From Camelus dromedarius (lineage: Eukaryota), in NCBI RefSeq assembly GCF_036321535.1, contig NC_087437.1, positions 66,342,001-66,406,000 of the forward strand: 64,000 nucleotides of DNA. Direction: 5' to 3'. The notes under the pieces were generated by a model, which saw nothing but the letters and a program-made list of their open reading frames with translations, was not told the DNA's origin and searched no databases. Shown piece by piece: positions 42,800 to 57,272 of the stretch (position 1 is its first letter; every line of letters starts with the position of its first letter). The translations under genes were made by a program, and so were the position numbers.

Positions 42800-44700
42800 A
42801 TTACCAAGAATAAAATTTTATTCAGGAAGCAAAAATGAGAGTCAAAACAATCTTTAAAACAAAGAATAAAGACATACTTCCCATTTTTGAAACTTAATTA
42901 CACATCTACAGCTATCACAACAGTGTGTATACTATGGAATATTATTCAGCCATGAGAAAGAAGGAAATCCTGCCATTTGTGACAACATGGATGGATCTTA
43001 GGGCATTATGCTAAATGAGATAAACCAGACAGAGAGACAACTACTGCATGGTATCACTTGTATGTAGAATCTAAAAAGGAAAGAAATAAGTCATAGAAAC
43101 AGAGTAGAAAATTGGTTGCCAGGGGCTTGCAGGATGGGGGGAGTGAGGAAAGATTGGTAAAGAGTACAAACTTTATAAGATGAATAAGATCTGAGGATAA
43201 TGTAAAACATGATGACTATAGTTGATAACACTATTAACTTAAACATTCTCACCAAAAAAGAAGGAAGGAAGAGAAAAAAGAAAAGCGTGAGGTGTGATGG
43301 ATGTGTTAATTAACTAGATGGAGGGACTCCTTTCACGATATATATGTATATAAAATCACCACTGTTTATGTTTTCTATGTCTTAAAATTTTATTTGTCAA
43401 TTAAAACTCAGGAAAAGTGAGGAAAAGACAGTATAGTATTGACATGAGTGTAGGCATATAGATCAATGGAGTAGAATTGAGAGTCAAGAAATAAACCTTT
43501 ACATTTATGGTCAGTTGACCTTTGCCAAGGATTCCAAGACAGTTCAATGGGGAGAGAATAGTTATTTTAACAAATGATACTTGGGTAACTGGGTATCCAT
43601 AAGCAAAAGGATGAAGCTGGACTCTACCTCACACCATATACAAAATTAACTCAAAATGAATCAGACCTAAACATAACCAAAACTATAAAACTCCTAGAAA
43701 CATAGGTATAAATCTTTGTGACCTTCAATTAGACAATGGTTTCTTAGATATGAGACCAAAAAAAACCACAGGTGACAAAAAAAAAACAAAACAGATACAC
43801 TGAACTCCATCAAAATTTTGAAATTGCGTCTCAAAGGACACCGTCCAGAAAGTTAAAAGACAGCACACAGAATGGGAGAAAATTTTTGCAAATCATATAT
43901 ATGAGACTTGTATCCAGAATAAGTAACTCTTACAACTCAACAATAAAAAGACAGCCCAGTAAAAAAAAAAGTGGGCAAAGGATCTAACTAGACATTTCTC
44001 CAAAGACGTACAAATGATCAGTAAGCACACATACACACATAGAAAGGATTCTCAATGTTGGTAGTCATTAGAGAAATGCAAATCAATATCATAATGAATA
44101 CTGTATTGCATTCACTAGGATGACTAAAATACAGACAGACAATAACTAGTGTTTGTAAGGATGTGGAGAAATTGAAACTCTCATACATTGTTGGAGCAAT
44201 TGTAAAGTGGTGCAAACAAAAAATGGTTTGGCATAGCCTCAAAATATTAAACATAGTGTTGACATATGACCCAGCAATTCCATTCATAGAAATGAACTGA
44301 AGACATTTATCCATACAAAAACTTGTACACAGATGTTCATAGCAGCGTTATTTATAGCCTAAAAATAGAAACATTTCAAATGTCCATTAGCTAATGAGTG
44401 GATAAATAAAATGTCAGACGCAAAGGGCCACATGTTATGTGATTCCAATTATATGAAATGTCCAGAATAAGCAGATTGGTAGATACAAAGTAGATTAGTG
44501 TTTGTCAGAAATTAGGGGGAGTGGACATGGGAGTGACTGCTCATGGGTACTTAGTTTCATTTTGGGATGATGAATATGTTCTAAAATTAGATAGCAGTAA
44601 TGGTCCTCTGAATATACTAATAAAAAATCACTGAGGTGTTTGTAGGAGTAAATTTCATGATATATGATGTATATCTCAAAGATGTTATTTTTTATAAAAG
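42800..44700 (+). mobile_element. L1 ORF2 3' half plus 3' UTR (sense to gene) with a second L1 3' end nested at ~42926-43427
   Basis: ORF2 motifs atagatcaatggagtagaattgagagtc, ccatatacaaaattaactcaaaatg and gacccagcaattcc. The nested piece starts ggaatattattcagccatgagaaagaaggaaatcctgccatttgtgacaacatggatgg. Confidence 0.88.
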
Positions 44701-45599
44701 ATAAGAATGACGACATCTGCGTATGGAACTTTTGATAAAATAATGTTGCTCTTTCTGCTGTATTTTTAAAAAGGCAATAAACTCTGACCGTAGTTTTGCG
44801 AAGAACTGAGATCAAGTTAAGTGACTCGTGGTACAAGAGTGAGTGGAGTAAAGCATGGACCCACAAGGGAACCCTCCTGTACTAGCTTACCCTCCTAGGC
44901 TGAATAAATAGTTTAGCCAGATTGTTTAGTTGCGTTCAAATAACATGACAGCTTTCTCTTTTTTCCATTGATGTTCCTTATGGGATTTTAAGACTTGTAC
45001 TGCTGTTGCTATAGCTTTTATTTATTTATTTTTTGGTTCCTTGCTTTTTGGAAATCAGAAGGAAACCTTGAGAAGGAAACATTGCACACACCACAAGAAG
45101 GGGGGTGTCTTATACCAAATTTCACTCATATATTATAGGAAAGGGGTAGATAGAAATTAGATAAAATCTGTATGTGTTGAGAGTTAAGTGTTTTAGCTGC
45201 CTGTATCTGTGGATTTAAAAAAGGAGAACCTGAATTTTGTAGGGAAATACCAGAGGGAATAACATTTTATATCAGTCCTCTGGAAGTGAAAATGTATAGT
45301 AGGATTCTAATGTCAGTCGAGCACTGATATTTTGAAATAGAATAGCTCAGTGACTTGTTTTCTAATTTTTTACAGAAATTTGTTAAGTTTATGGTATAAG
45401 CAGTCAGCCTGACAATTACACAACTTGAATAAACAGTTCTTTTATGCAGAAAAGAAATAAAGATGTTTAATTATTCAACCGTGCTACATATAATCTCTTG
45501 CCTCTGTATTATACAATTTTTATCCATTTATTTAAAAAGTTTTAATTGAATTTATTATATATAGGCCTGGCCGTGTATCCCTTTAGTCTTTCAGAGTGC

Positions 45600-46104
45600 A
45601 TGCCATTTTAACTACATGTTGATTTAGTGAACCATTTGTGTTAAATGCTGGGCCAGAACATAGGAGGTCCTTGGCCTCAAGGAGTTCAGAGACCCATTGA
45701 AGGGAGGAAGGGAACAACTGAGGGTGGTAGAGTAAGGCAGGTATGATCCCAGAAGTCTGAGCAGAGTACAAAGGCAGAATCATCCTGTTTGGAAGTAGTG
45801 CTATCTGGAAAAGCTTCGTAGAAGAGGTAACTCTTAAGCTGACTTTTGAAACATGGAAAGGTTTACCACTTAGAAAAAGGAAAAGAATGGAGGACATAAC
45901 ACACTGACTTGGACAAAGATGCTTAGTGAAAGAAATCAGATCTATTCTGTGTTGCTTTATGGTTTGAGCCTAAGATTCTGAATGGTTAGAAGTAGTAGCA
46001 TATGAGTTTACCAAGAGAGGGAAGACTGGAGCTGTCGGCAGTGGCCAGAACACACTATCCTGTAGGCAGTTGAAAACCACTGCAGGATTTTAAGCAAAGG
46101 AATA
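45600..46104 (-). mobile_element. LINE-2 antisense fragment
   Basis: ggtccttggcctcaaggagttc...ggaaaagcttcgtagaagaggtaactcttaagctg...ggattttaagca. Confidence 0.6.
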
Positions 46105-46112
46105 ACAAATTT

Positions 46113-46244
46113 ATGTATAAGTATTTATATATTCATTTATTTATATTGAAGTATAATCAGCTTACAATGTGTCATTTTCTGGTATATAGCACAATACTTC
46201 AGTCACATAGGAACATATATATATTCATTTTCATAATCTTTTTC
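46113..46244 (-). mobile_element. Very short 5'-truncated young L1 3' end (same family as 32837)
   Basis: ttgaagtataatcagcttacaatgtgtc...atatattcattttcata parallels 32847-32930. TSD acaaattt at 46105-46112 and 46245-46252. Confidence 0.75.
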
Positions 46245-47839
46245 ACAAATTTCTAGTTAAGATTTCTTTTACTTCACATTGGCTTCAAAGACTACACATA
46301 CAGCTCTTGTTGAAGTTTGGCGACCTCTGGCGTTGAGATATTAAAATACAAGTGTGTGAAAGCTATATTTGAGCACCTTTGTCAGATGATTTTTGGCTCT
46401 AAATCTTTGGGGACATAAATCATAATTCCTGAGTTGATATTTATTGGGGTTTTGGGGTCTGGCTAACTTTGTAATTGAAAGAATTTTTTTAAATGTTATG
46501 ACAAATATCATGGTACTGGGTACAAATAAAACAATTGATTTAATCATAAAGGATGAATAGTGTCCCCAAAGGGATGGGACAGGCTAATCTCTGGTTCTTT
46601 GAGTCTTTCCACCACTACATCCCATGATATTCCAGGATGGTGGACTGAAATATATGCTTTTTTTTTCCCCAATAAATGTAAAGATCTTTTTCTAATGACA
46701 AATAACAGAATACTACTCTTCCTAATGGCATGATAATTTTGAACACCCCCCTCTTATTGTGTGAGATACTATACTTACAGAAAAGTGTATAAACATTACA
46801 TTCAGTTTCATTTCCTTTAAGTAGCAGAGGAACTCGGCTTCTAGAAAATCTTAAAAATAATTATTTTTTAAAGCATATCCTCAGTCTAAAAGTTTTGGTA
46901 AAAATTACTTTCCATCTCTTAAAATTCAGGAGAACTCAAGACTTGTTTTGTGTCTAAAGTGATAAGGTCCTTGTCAAATATACCTTTTTAATCTATAAAT
47001 GCTTATGTGATTTCAGAGTTTCCAAATATAAATCAACTGAAATAAATCAGGTAGAAATACACCCTGAATCTAATAAAAACTTAGTATAAAACTTAAAAAT
47101 ATACTCAGAAGTAGAAATGGGATAGTTGATTTATTAGGATGTTTTATGTTTGTGGAATTGATTGCAGATGGTGATGAATTCAGAATCTTTGCTCTTCATA
47201 GTCTATTGCTTGTTTAACTTGCATCCTCTAATGTTGCCATTCATCCTTTGTCCAGTCCTTATTCTCTATTAGCACTCTGCTGTTAATGTAGTTACCCAAA
47301 TCATGCCATTTTCCACTTCATACCTAGAATGCATAGAATGTGCTGCCTGACTCATTTGCTTCCTAGATTCCTTAAGTAAAATTAGCTCTGTCTCTCCTTC
47401 CAGAATCCTTTCCTGAATCTTTTCCTTACTCCAGTGCATTGTGCACTTCCACTTCACACATCATTGATGCTTATTTTGTTGTATTGATCTTGGCTGATTG
47501 TAGTTGATATATATACAAAGTTTCTCTGCTGTAGAGCTCCTTGAGGATAGAAACTCAATAAATGTTTTGAATGAGTGAATGATTTAGGAGGCTGAAAAAA
47601 AATTTTAATGCCTCTCGATTATGTCTTACCTTTGCCATCTTACGTTCTTTTGCATCGTAACTCATACTTTTGCTTTCTTAAAAGACTCCACATATGTATA
47701 TAAAGTAATTCTGATTATAGGGTTTGACAGACTGATACTTTTAATGCGAGCAAGCCTTAAAATAGCAACAAAAGAAGGATAAACATGTGGTTGTAGTTAG
47801 TGTAGTAAAGGCATGACAAATTACATAATGTTCTGTTTA

Positions 47840-50035
47840 CTTTTTATATTAGCATCGTAGAGATTTAATTTACATATAATAAAATCTAGCAATTTTATTG
47901 TAGCAAAGTGTACAGTTTAATGAGTTTTGACAAACATGCATAACCATCATCCTGGTCAAGGTTTAGAACATTTCCATCACAATGAAAATGTTCTTGTGTA
48001 TAGCCCAGGGTGGCCAAATGTCCCAGTTTGCCCCGGACTGAGAGGTTTGCCAGGATAGTCCCAGATAGACTGGGACAGTTGATCACCCTATTCCTATGCC
48101 TTTGTAGGCAGTGTCCCATCTTCTGGTTCAGGTTACTTCTGGTCTGCTTCCTGTCGCTACAGATTAGTTTTTCCTATTCTAGAGTTTCATATAAATGGAA
48201 TCATATAGTACATTTCTTTGGTATCTGGCTTTTTGGGCTCAACAAAATGTTTTTGAGATTCATCCCTGTTTTTGTATTACTTATTTATTCTGTTTTATAC
48301 TGAGTTGTATTCTGTGAATAAACCACAGTTTGTTTATCCATTCACCTGTGGATAGACATTTGATTTTTTTTTCATTTTTGGCTATTGTGAGTAAAGCTTC
48401 TGTGTTTTTTACAAGTAGTTTTGCAGACATATGTTTAAGTTTAGTCTTAAAATTACTTTTATCATTAGGAAATGACACTCTTTATTTCTGTTTAATTTCC
48501 TTGTCCTGAAAACTACATTTTCCGATATTAATGTAGGCACGTCATCTTTTTTATGATTAATGTTTACATGGTGTATCTTTTTGCATCCTTTTAATCTACG
48601 TGTCTTTATATTTAAAATTCATTTCTTGCAAACAATATATACATAGGTCTTCTTTTTTTACTGAGTCTGATAATTTCTGTCTTTTAATTGGAGAGTTTAG
48701 TCCATGTACATTCAGTGAAATTATCAATATGGTTGTATTTAAGTATTCCAGGTTCATATTCATTTTCCTCTTACTATTCTTTTTCCCCCTCTTTTACTGC
48801 TACCCTATGGCTATAATGAGTATTTTTATTTTCCCTATTGGCTTTTTAAGCCGTACCTCCATGTTGCATTCTGTAGAGATTGTTCTAAGATTGAAAATAG
48901 GCATCATACTCAGTCACAGTCTACAGATAATAATATGCCACTTAGCGTATAAAGTAAGAACCTTAAACAGTATTATTATCATTTCCCCTTTCTGTCCTTT
49001 GTCCTTTTGTTATCATACATTTTACTTCTACAGTACTTTATTATTTTACTTTAAACACTCATTTTCTTCTAAAGAAACTTAAAAGCAAGGGGGAAATGTC
49101 ATGCATATGGCTGTATATTTACCATTTTTGGTGATCTTTGTTTTTGTATAGATAAGAATGTCCATTTGGAATACTTTTCTTTCATCCTGAAGTATTTTCT
49201 TGTAGTGAAACTGTTGGTGACAGATTCTCTTAGCTTTGTTTGCCTAATAATGTCTGTTGAAGGATATTTTCACTGGGTATAGAATTTCTTGGTTTTTAGC
49301 ATCTTTTTTCTTTCATTCTTTAGACAGGTTCTCTTTTCTTCTGGCTTGCATTGTTTCTGATGTCAGCTGTCATTCTTCTTGTTAACTCTGTAAAATGTGT
49401 CTCTTTGTTTTGGGAAAGATTTTCTCTTTATCAGTGGCTTATGTTAGTTGATTGTGACTTGGTGTGTTATTTTTACATTTATACTGCTAAGGCATCATTG
49501 AGATTTTTATTGAATTTTCAGCAAATTTGAAAAAGTGTCTGCTGCTATTTTTTCAAATAGTTTTTCTGTGTCTGTTCCCGAAATCTCCTTTTCAGACTCC
49601 AATCATATGTACATATGTTTTTCTAGCCTTTTTGTTTACCTCCATGCTTCAGCTTTGATAGTTCCTATTGCCTTTTTTTTTTTTTTTTTAAGTTTATTGA
49701 TTGTCTTCTGTGGTGTCTTGTCTGCTGTTAAACCTCCAGGGAAGTTTTCGTTTCACATGCCATATTTTTCAACTATACAGTTACTGTATGGTTTTTTTTT
49801 TTTGTCTTCCATTTGTCTCCTCATTACAATAGCTATTTTAAACTCCTCTCTTGTCCATTCTTTTATCTCTGTCATTTCTAGATCTGTGTAGGTTGACTAA
49901 TATTTTTCCCCCTCTTCCTTTTGGATCACATTTATTTCTTCTTTAAAGAATATTTTGTCAATCATTTTTCTAGTTGTTTATACCTAGAGGACAATTCTGG
50001 TATCAGTTACTTAGTAATGACAAGAAGCAGAAGTG
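47840..50035 (-). mobile_element. Old L1 (L1ME/L1M5-type) fragments
   Basis: Reverse 3' end (tttcatataaatggaatcata...tttatccattcacctgtggatagacattt), then ORF2-start/ORF1-like antisense sequence ending gaagcagaagt. Confidence 0.7.
48006..48090. mobile_element. Short hAT-Blackjack-type MITE inserted in the L1
   Basis: Termini cagggtggcca...tgatcacccta and internal inverted tgtcccagt/actgggaca. Confidence 0.7.
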
Positions 50036-50879
50036 TGTAATAGTCTTTTTTTTTTTTTAAATAATGCAAACCTCTGCATGACATTCCAAAGTTTTTGAAC
50101 AACTGATGGAAAGTTATACAAAATTGCACTGTGTTATATAAGATTTTTAGTTTACATTTGACCACTTTAAATTAGTTATGGCTCCCCATTAGATACACAC
50201 AGTATTTATACCTAAAGCAGTTCTATAACAATGATCTCTGTAACTTAGGCCTTGAGATTAAAAGTTCTTTCAGTAAAATTACTTACAATGTGCACATCCT
50301 TAGTACTTGTCCACCATTTAACATTCCAGTCAAAATTCTATACTTGTGAAACAATCACTCACAGACAAAATACTAAACTTGTATGTTTGGTATTGCAGAT
50401 ATACTTAAGCAGTGAAAACCTGCAGCTAAAAAAGCCTGATAGTGATTTATCAAAATTGCTAAATTATTAAAATAATCTTTACAAAAATGTATAAAGTAAG
50501 TTGGAGATTTGTTACACTTTTTGAACTTGTTTAGCAAATTAGATGCCTGTATTTCTTCATATTATTCTGTTGCCTGAGATCTATAATTCATAATATTAGC
50601 AGTTCAAGATATTCTTTGTATTAAGTTGAATTACCATGATATGGATAGATTTTATTTAAATTGTATTTTTTTAAGTTGTCAAGTAAAGTCTAACCTTTCA
50701 TTTTTTAACATTTAATTATAGTCTTGTGAACTTATGAAATCTTAATATATCCTGCACAACTCCAAAGAATTTAGGTTTTATTTTATGGTATAACCAATGG
50801 AGTTTAATAAAGTGTTTTTTTAAAAGCATATATTTTTAAAAAACCTTTTCTTGTTTCTGTCCTTAATATTAGGTAGACC

Positions 50880-51085
50880 ATTTTAGGGAGTCAGCTACAC
50901 ATGCATTTGAATCTCTTATTTACTGTTGACAAACTGTAACTCTGAGAAGTCGGGTTACCTCAGTCAACCTTAGGCTTCTCTTAAGTGTGAAATGAGGTAA
51001 TAGAGTATCTATAAAGTTTAAATCAGAAAAGAAAATTAATATACGTAGCACAGAGCTTTACATGCTGGGTGCTCAGTAAATAAGT
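50880..51085 (+). mobile_element. MIR fragment
   Basis: ggagtcag...tttgaatctc...gtgaaatgaggtaatag...gtgctcagtaaat. Confidence 0.55.
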
Positions 51086-51845
51086 TCTTCTCTTTGTTCT
51101 TTCCTTTCCCTCACTGATGGACCTTTTAAAAGGAAAATATATACATGCTGTCTTCATGTAGTCATTTCAAGTGATTACAGTCTGCTTGCCATTCTCATGA
51201 CTGATCTCACCAAAGTCAGAAAGGAAGCCTTCATGGCCAGCATTAGTGAACACCATTTGATCTGTATTTTACCTGGGCTGTTGTGTCAGGTACCTACCTC
51301 TCTGTCCTTTAAATGTTCCTTGTCCTCCATGGTGTCATCGTCTGTGGGAACTTCTTTCAGTCTCTTAGACTTCTATATCATCCTTCTTTTTAAATTTCCC
51401 GTTTTCCATATATTTGTATCTTTTGAGTCCCCATCTTCAGCACTCTTCTCCTTCAGCCTGCTTTGCCTGTTACCCTCGTAGCCGCCTTAATTGCTGTACA
51501 TCAGGTTCTAGCCTCAAGCTCTCTTCTAAATTATATACTTATATCCACCCCTTGGTGGAGAACTCCTCCAGGTTCGTCTTGAATATATTAACTACTGTTT
51601 TCTCTTCCAGCTCTATTCCTTCATGCTTAATAGCACCAACATTTTTCACAACTACCAAAATTAAAAACTGAAATTGTTTGTCCTCCAACCAAGTCAATAA
51701 ACAAATTCTTCAATATCATCTCCTAAAATTGGTTTGCCACTGATAAGATTGACATATTCTAGTTCTGCCTCTGTTTAGTTCTGACCTCTGGAAAGTTGTT
51801 CCTTCTGAGTCTCAGTTTTTCTCATCTCTAGAATGTTAGGACTAG

Positions 51846-52032
51846 ATCAAAGGTCAGCAACTAGGGCCCAGGAACCAAACAAAGTCTATTGCCTGTTTTT
51901 GCAGATTAACTTTTATTTACTGCTACTTTGTGCTACAGTGGTAGAGTTGACTAAGAGGCAGAGCTGCTCTGGCCCACAAAGCCTAAGATATTTACTCTCT
52001 GGCCCTTTAAAAAAAAAAGTGCTGACCCATAG
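51846..52032. mobile_element. MER58A-like MITE inserted into a MIR
   Basis: caaaggtcagcaac...tggcccacaaagcctaagatatttactctctggccctttaaaaaaaaagtgctgaccc. gactag occurs on both flanks and the MIR core ctgagtctcagtttttctcatct lies just upstream. Confidence 0.75.
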
Positions 52033-53329
52033 ACTAGTGGATCTCCCATCTTGGTTCTAGCTCTATTAGCCAACCTGGGGAGAATGTAGTTTTAAGGTTA
52101 AAAAAAGAGAGAGAGAAGAAAAAGAAAAATGATACAGTAGTTGAATATTTGGTAAGAGAAATTAAACATAGACTGTGACGTTAGAATCTCTCTTTCTGTA
52201 TCTAGTACCCTTAGTGATTTAAGGTCATGTAGCTGTAACAAAGGGATAAAAAGGTCTCCATTGCCACTTCATGGTGAGACTAGTTTATTTAGTTAATTGC
52301 TTGTAAATAATTGATAGTGAATATATCAATGATTCCATTTACTAGTTAGTAATAAAGTTCCTTAAAAGTCACAAATACCTACATTTTTAAAGTAAAAATA
52401 CAGTTAAACTCTGACCACCAATTAAAAGTACTATTCAGAATCTTTTAATATCATCACCAGTCATCAAAGCAGATTATTTCCCATTGTTGTAAAAGATTTT
52501 TTCACATCCATGTACTAGTGAAAGAGGATTCTAGGTATATAAAAAATGCTGGATTACAAAGTCATTAATATTGAACCTTATTTAATTGTATGTATGCTGA
52601 CAGGTACTGCAGCTGACTTTCAAATGCATCAGAAAATAAAGTGGATCAGTGGAAATGTGATGAACCAAATATAGTAAAATGTTAATCATACACATGGGTA
52701 TTTGATATAAGAGGAGAGTGTTTTCACTATTTAGAAAAAAAGGATGCAACTTTTCTCATGTTTGAAATTTTTCATTTATAAAATTTGGGGTAAATGTTTA
52801 GCTCTAAATGGCTGTGAGATGGTGAGTTTAGGGAGAATGTGGGAGTTAATACACATATACACACATGTAGTATACCTTCGTGCTTTCACATAAAATAAAT
52901 TATTAAAATTTTTTGTTAAGTAAACATTGTGTATATGTCATATGTTTCTCACCTGTTTTATTGTGTATTTCACAGCTTTACTTCCATTTGGAATATTCTT
53001 AGATTATAATAAAATGCATAATGAGAGTTGAAACACTCACTTCAGGAAGCAGCCTGCCTTTTCATTACACAGTGTGTAATTCTTGAATTCTCACACATAG
53101 CCCCTGTGGGAAAGTCAGCCAAATGGTTGATAAGTTCAGGTGATCTCTCTCCATACAGTAAAAAGATGCATATACTAATGGACAGCATACATCCCTCATT
53201 TCTTTTGGCATTCTTACCAACTCCAAGGGAGTTAGGACTGTGCCTTGTGTTAACAGAGTACTCAATAAATGTAGAGGGACTGCACAAAAAAAATACTCAC
53301 TGATTCAAGAGTGGGCGTTTCTTAGGTAT

Positions 53330-53870
53330 CATTTTGTTTATTGTGAAATATATTATATTGCAAAAATACATAAAAATGTACAGTTTAAAGCATAATAATA
53401 AAGTGGCTATCCATGTAACCACCACTCATATTAAGAATTTGAATTAGAGGAACTACTTAGGCCCCTCCCAGTCACAATCCTTCCTCCTACGTCCTCTCTG
53501 TTAAGCTAATCTATTATTGATTTTTCTAGATATTTCTATGCTTTCAGTTTAGTTTCACAGTTTTACTATGTAAACTAAAATATAGTTTAGTGTTGCCTAT
53601 TTTTAAACTTTATAAAGGGCAGGTTATATATTCATTGTTGAGTAAAAACTCACCACTACGTGAGATTCAGCCATAAAGTATGTGTAGCTCTGGTTCATTT
53701 ATTTTCATTGCTAGTTAGTATACCATTGGATAACTACATCACAGTTTATTAATTCAATGTTAGGTTTTTGCTTTTGCCTGCAATATTGTGTTATTACAGA
53801 GAATAAATGTATAGTTTCTCTAAATATATAGGTTAGAATATTTGCCTTAAAATGGAATTAGTGTGTGATA
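53330..53870 (-). mobile_element. Old L1 (L1ME-type) 3' end
   Basis: tttattgtgaaatat...ccatgtaaccaccact...tttattttcattgct. Confidence 0.55.
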
Positions 53871-54579
53871 GGATTATTGAAGGTGTATACATTTTTAAAT
53901 ACTCAATTTTTCATATCATTGCTGTTGTTTTTCTTTAGCACTTGAAAGAATCCAGTGGAGTTGCATTTGGGAGGCAGAATTATCAATAAGTTCACTCTCC
54001 CTTCTTTTTCACCCTTTTCCCTTTTCCCCAGTACATATACACACAGACACCCTTCATCAAAGATCTAATATAGAATGTAAGTGCTTGCTTTATTATTTAA
54101 AAATAAAAACTAAGTTAAGATTCCTTTTAGCCTTCATATGTTAAGTATGGATAGTTCCTGACTTACAGATGTCTGATAGCTACAGCTGCAAAGGCCAGAG
54201 AGTTCCCTTCCCAGTGCTAGATATCTTGTTCCTCTCTGTAAAGCTGGAATTCTACTACAAGAAGGAAAGGAAGTCTTATTACTGGAAATATAACTTTATT
54301 TTCAGTGCCCTAAGAGTGAGCTTTCCCCCAGAACAATGTTAGATATAGAAGTTAGAATGATGTGTTATAATTAGATTATTTTTGCACATCTTTTTAATTT
54401 TATTTCTAATAACATCAGGAGTTTGCTCAGAAGTTATAAGGCAATTAAAGGTCAGTTTATAGTTAACTAGATTCTTTTTTGACTTATACTGACAAATAAT
54501 ACTATTGTTCTATAGTTCAATGTTCTTTCCACCTGTCTTACTCAAACTTTATGTATTCTAATATTTAAATAATTTCTGA

Positions 54580-55335
54580 AAGTTTTTATTTCAGGTATAA
54601 TTGACATACAATGAAGTATATATACATATTTAAAGTATGTAATTTGGTGAGTTTGACATATGTATACACCTGTCATGAAACTATCACCATGAAATCGACA
54701 TAATGAACATATTTATAACCCTCAGTAATTTCCTGGTGCCTCTTTGTAATACTTCCCTCTGGCCCCTCATAACCATGGATCTTCTTTCTGTCACTATAGG
54801 CAGAAAATTTTCTAGAATTCCATATGAATTAAATTATACAGTGGGTACTTTTTGTCTGGCTTCTTTTGCTCAGTATATAGTTATTTCGATTCATTCATGT
54901 TCTTTTTTATTACTGAGTGGTATTCCATTGTATGAATATACTACCATTTATTTGTTCACTCACCTGTTGTGGGCATTTGAGTTATTTCTACTTTGTGTCA
55001 GTTACAAAAAAGATGCTATACACGTTAGTGTACAAGTCTTTGTATGGGCATATGCTTTCAGTTCTCTTGGGTAAATAGCTGGAAGTGGGAATGATGAGTG
55101 TATGGTAAGTATATGTTTAACTTTCTAACAGACTGCCAAAGTATTCTCTAAGATGTACCATTTTACATTTCCACCAGCACTGGATATCTTTTCTTTTGTC
55201 CATTTTTATTGGTTGTTTGTCTTCCTGTTTTTGAATTGTAAGAGTCCTTTGAATATGTTTTCTCTCAGTCTGTAGCTTGCCTTTTGTCTTCTTAAGAGTG
55301 TCTTTTGAAGAATGAAACTTAAGATTTTGATTAAG
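54580..55335 (-). mobile_element. L1 (L1MB/L1MC-type) 3' end
   Basis: ttttatttcaggtataattgacatac...gtacaagtctttgtatgggcatatgctttc...ttttacatttccaccagca. Confidence 0.8.
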
Positions 55336-56256
55336 TTCTGAAAGTTTTAGTGAAGTCTGGAGAATTAGAACCAAAAACAATGACAAAAATACTGAAATTC
55401 TTACTTTGCCCTGATTATTGATTGCCACAAATCAAGTACTTATCATTACATTTTACTCCTTCTGTTCAATATCCTTGAATTGTACATGGCTTAATATTTT
55501 GTTTCAACAAACTTGTTTTAAACTGGGCCCTAGAGTTACGAAGATGGGTATTATATGTAATCTTTCTTCAAAGTGCTGGTTATAGTATTTAATGTTTCTT
55601 CCCATCGTCTGTTTTGTGCAGACAGGTCCATTTACTTTCCTTTTTCTGGTGCCTAGTACAGCTTTGGAGGCAATGAAGTGCTCAATATATTTTCATCTTG
55701 TAGTTATACTTTTTTTCCACACACAGATATGTAAGTTTATCACAGCAGGAAATCTTTTGTTCTTTGTGTCCTTCATGTATCGTGGTGTAGTTCCTAGTAC
55801 ACGGGGACATACACTTAATGTTCAGTGGTTGAATGAAATTATTGATGACCACGTTTGAGTAAGATTTTTCTAATTTATTGATAATAAAACTTTTGGCTTA
55901 CTTTACTAAATGAATAAAAGATATTCTCATTTTAGGTGCTGTCATTGCGATAGGTTGTTTTTCTAGACAGAATAAAGATGCGTATTTTCACTTGAATATT
56001 TTTGAGTTATTTTTTTTTTACAACCCTGATTTACCATTGTTATTATTATTATCATGAAAGTCTGTATAGGGTAATATAGCATAGGTTCTGTAGTCAGTTG
56101 GGAATTAAAGGCTTTCATAAAATCTGCTCTATTTAATCAGTAAGTATTTTGTAACTTTGGAATTCCTTTTTCTAGTGAAACCAATACATTAAAACATAAA
56201 GACTATATTTCTAAGTGTATAGAAAAATATGGCAATAATTTACTTTCTTTGTTTAG

Positions 56257-56376
<120 letters not shown>

Positions 56377-57225
56377 TAAAGCACATGAACCAGTAGCTAA
56401 CTAGAAGTTGGATTTCTCATTGTTTTTAAACTATTTTGAGACTGGACGGCTACCAGAGTACAAAGTACAACAGCACTTCTGTGTATGAAAATGGTTGGGT
56501 AGTTGTACTTCAGTTTTTCACTGTATAGGTTCATCTCCATTGATTTCCTGTAGAAAGTTTCCAGCCTGAGTTTTTATTTAGGGTGAGAACAGTATGTATA
56601 CATATCCTTCAAATAAAGAATTTCACTTAGGAACAGGCTCTTACAGGTAAATTTTGACTAGTTAAAATTCAGAAGTAATTTCTTTACATAGTTACAGATT
56701 CTTACTATTCAGTATCATACAGCATATAAAATATACATTTTATGTATTTTTATTCTTTTTTAAACTATTAATATATAGACCTTATTACAGATGATATTTT
56801 GTGTTTTTCTTCTCTTGTTTACTTTCCTATTGGTGTTTTGGGAGCAGGAATGAAAACGAAGATTTGATCTTGCTAGGAGAAAGCAATTGATATGTCAACA
56901 GGATGTCTCTAGCCATTGGTAAAGCCTAACTTCAACATTTAGATGGAGCCTGTTCTAAGAGCAAAAGTCTAACTTAGGAGAAAACTTGTTGTGTTTTGCT
57001 TTGATACTTAACTGAAATGATTTTAGAGAGATTTTTTAAAAAACTTGTTTTCATGTCATTTTGATTTGTGAAATTGTGTGCAGAGGGGAAAAAAATTTCA
57101 ATAGGGTTTAAAGTGAGAGTGAATCTCTCATTTTACAGATTCTGAAACTAGCTAAAGATAGCAAATGTCTTATCTAAGATTACATAAGTGGCTGTGACAA
57201 AGCCAGGATTAAGCTTCCTTTCTTT

Positions 57226-57272
57226 GTGTATGTGTGTGTGTGTGTATGTGTTTGTGTGTGTGTGTGTGTGTG
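57226..57272. repeat. Imperfect (TG)n microsatellite next to a MIR fragment
   Basis: Directly visible. Confidence 0.9.

Noticed and set aside
48600..49082. 160-aa hydrophobic ORF
   Set aside because: Antisense reading of T-rich old L1 sequence, with no ATG start, splice support or recognisable domain.
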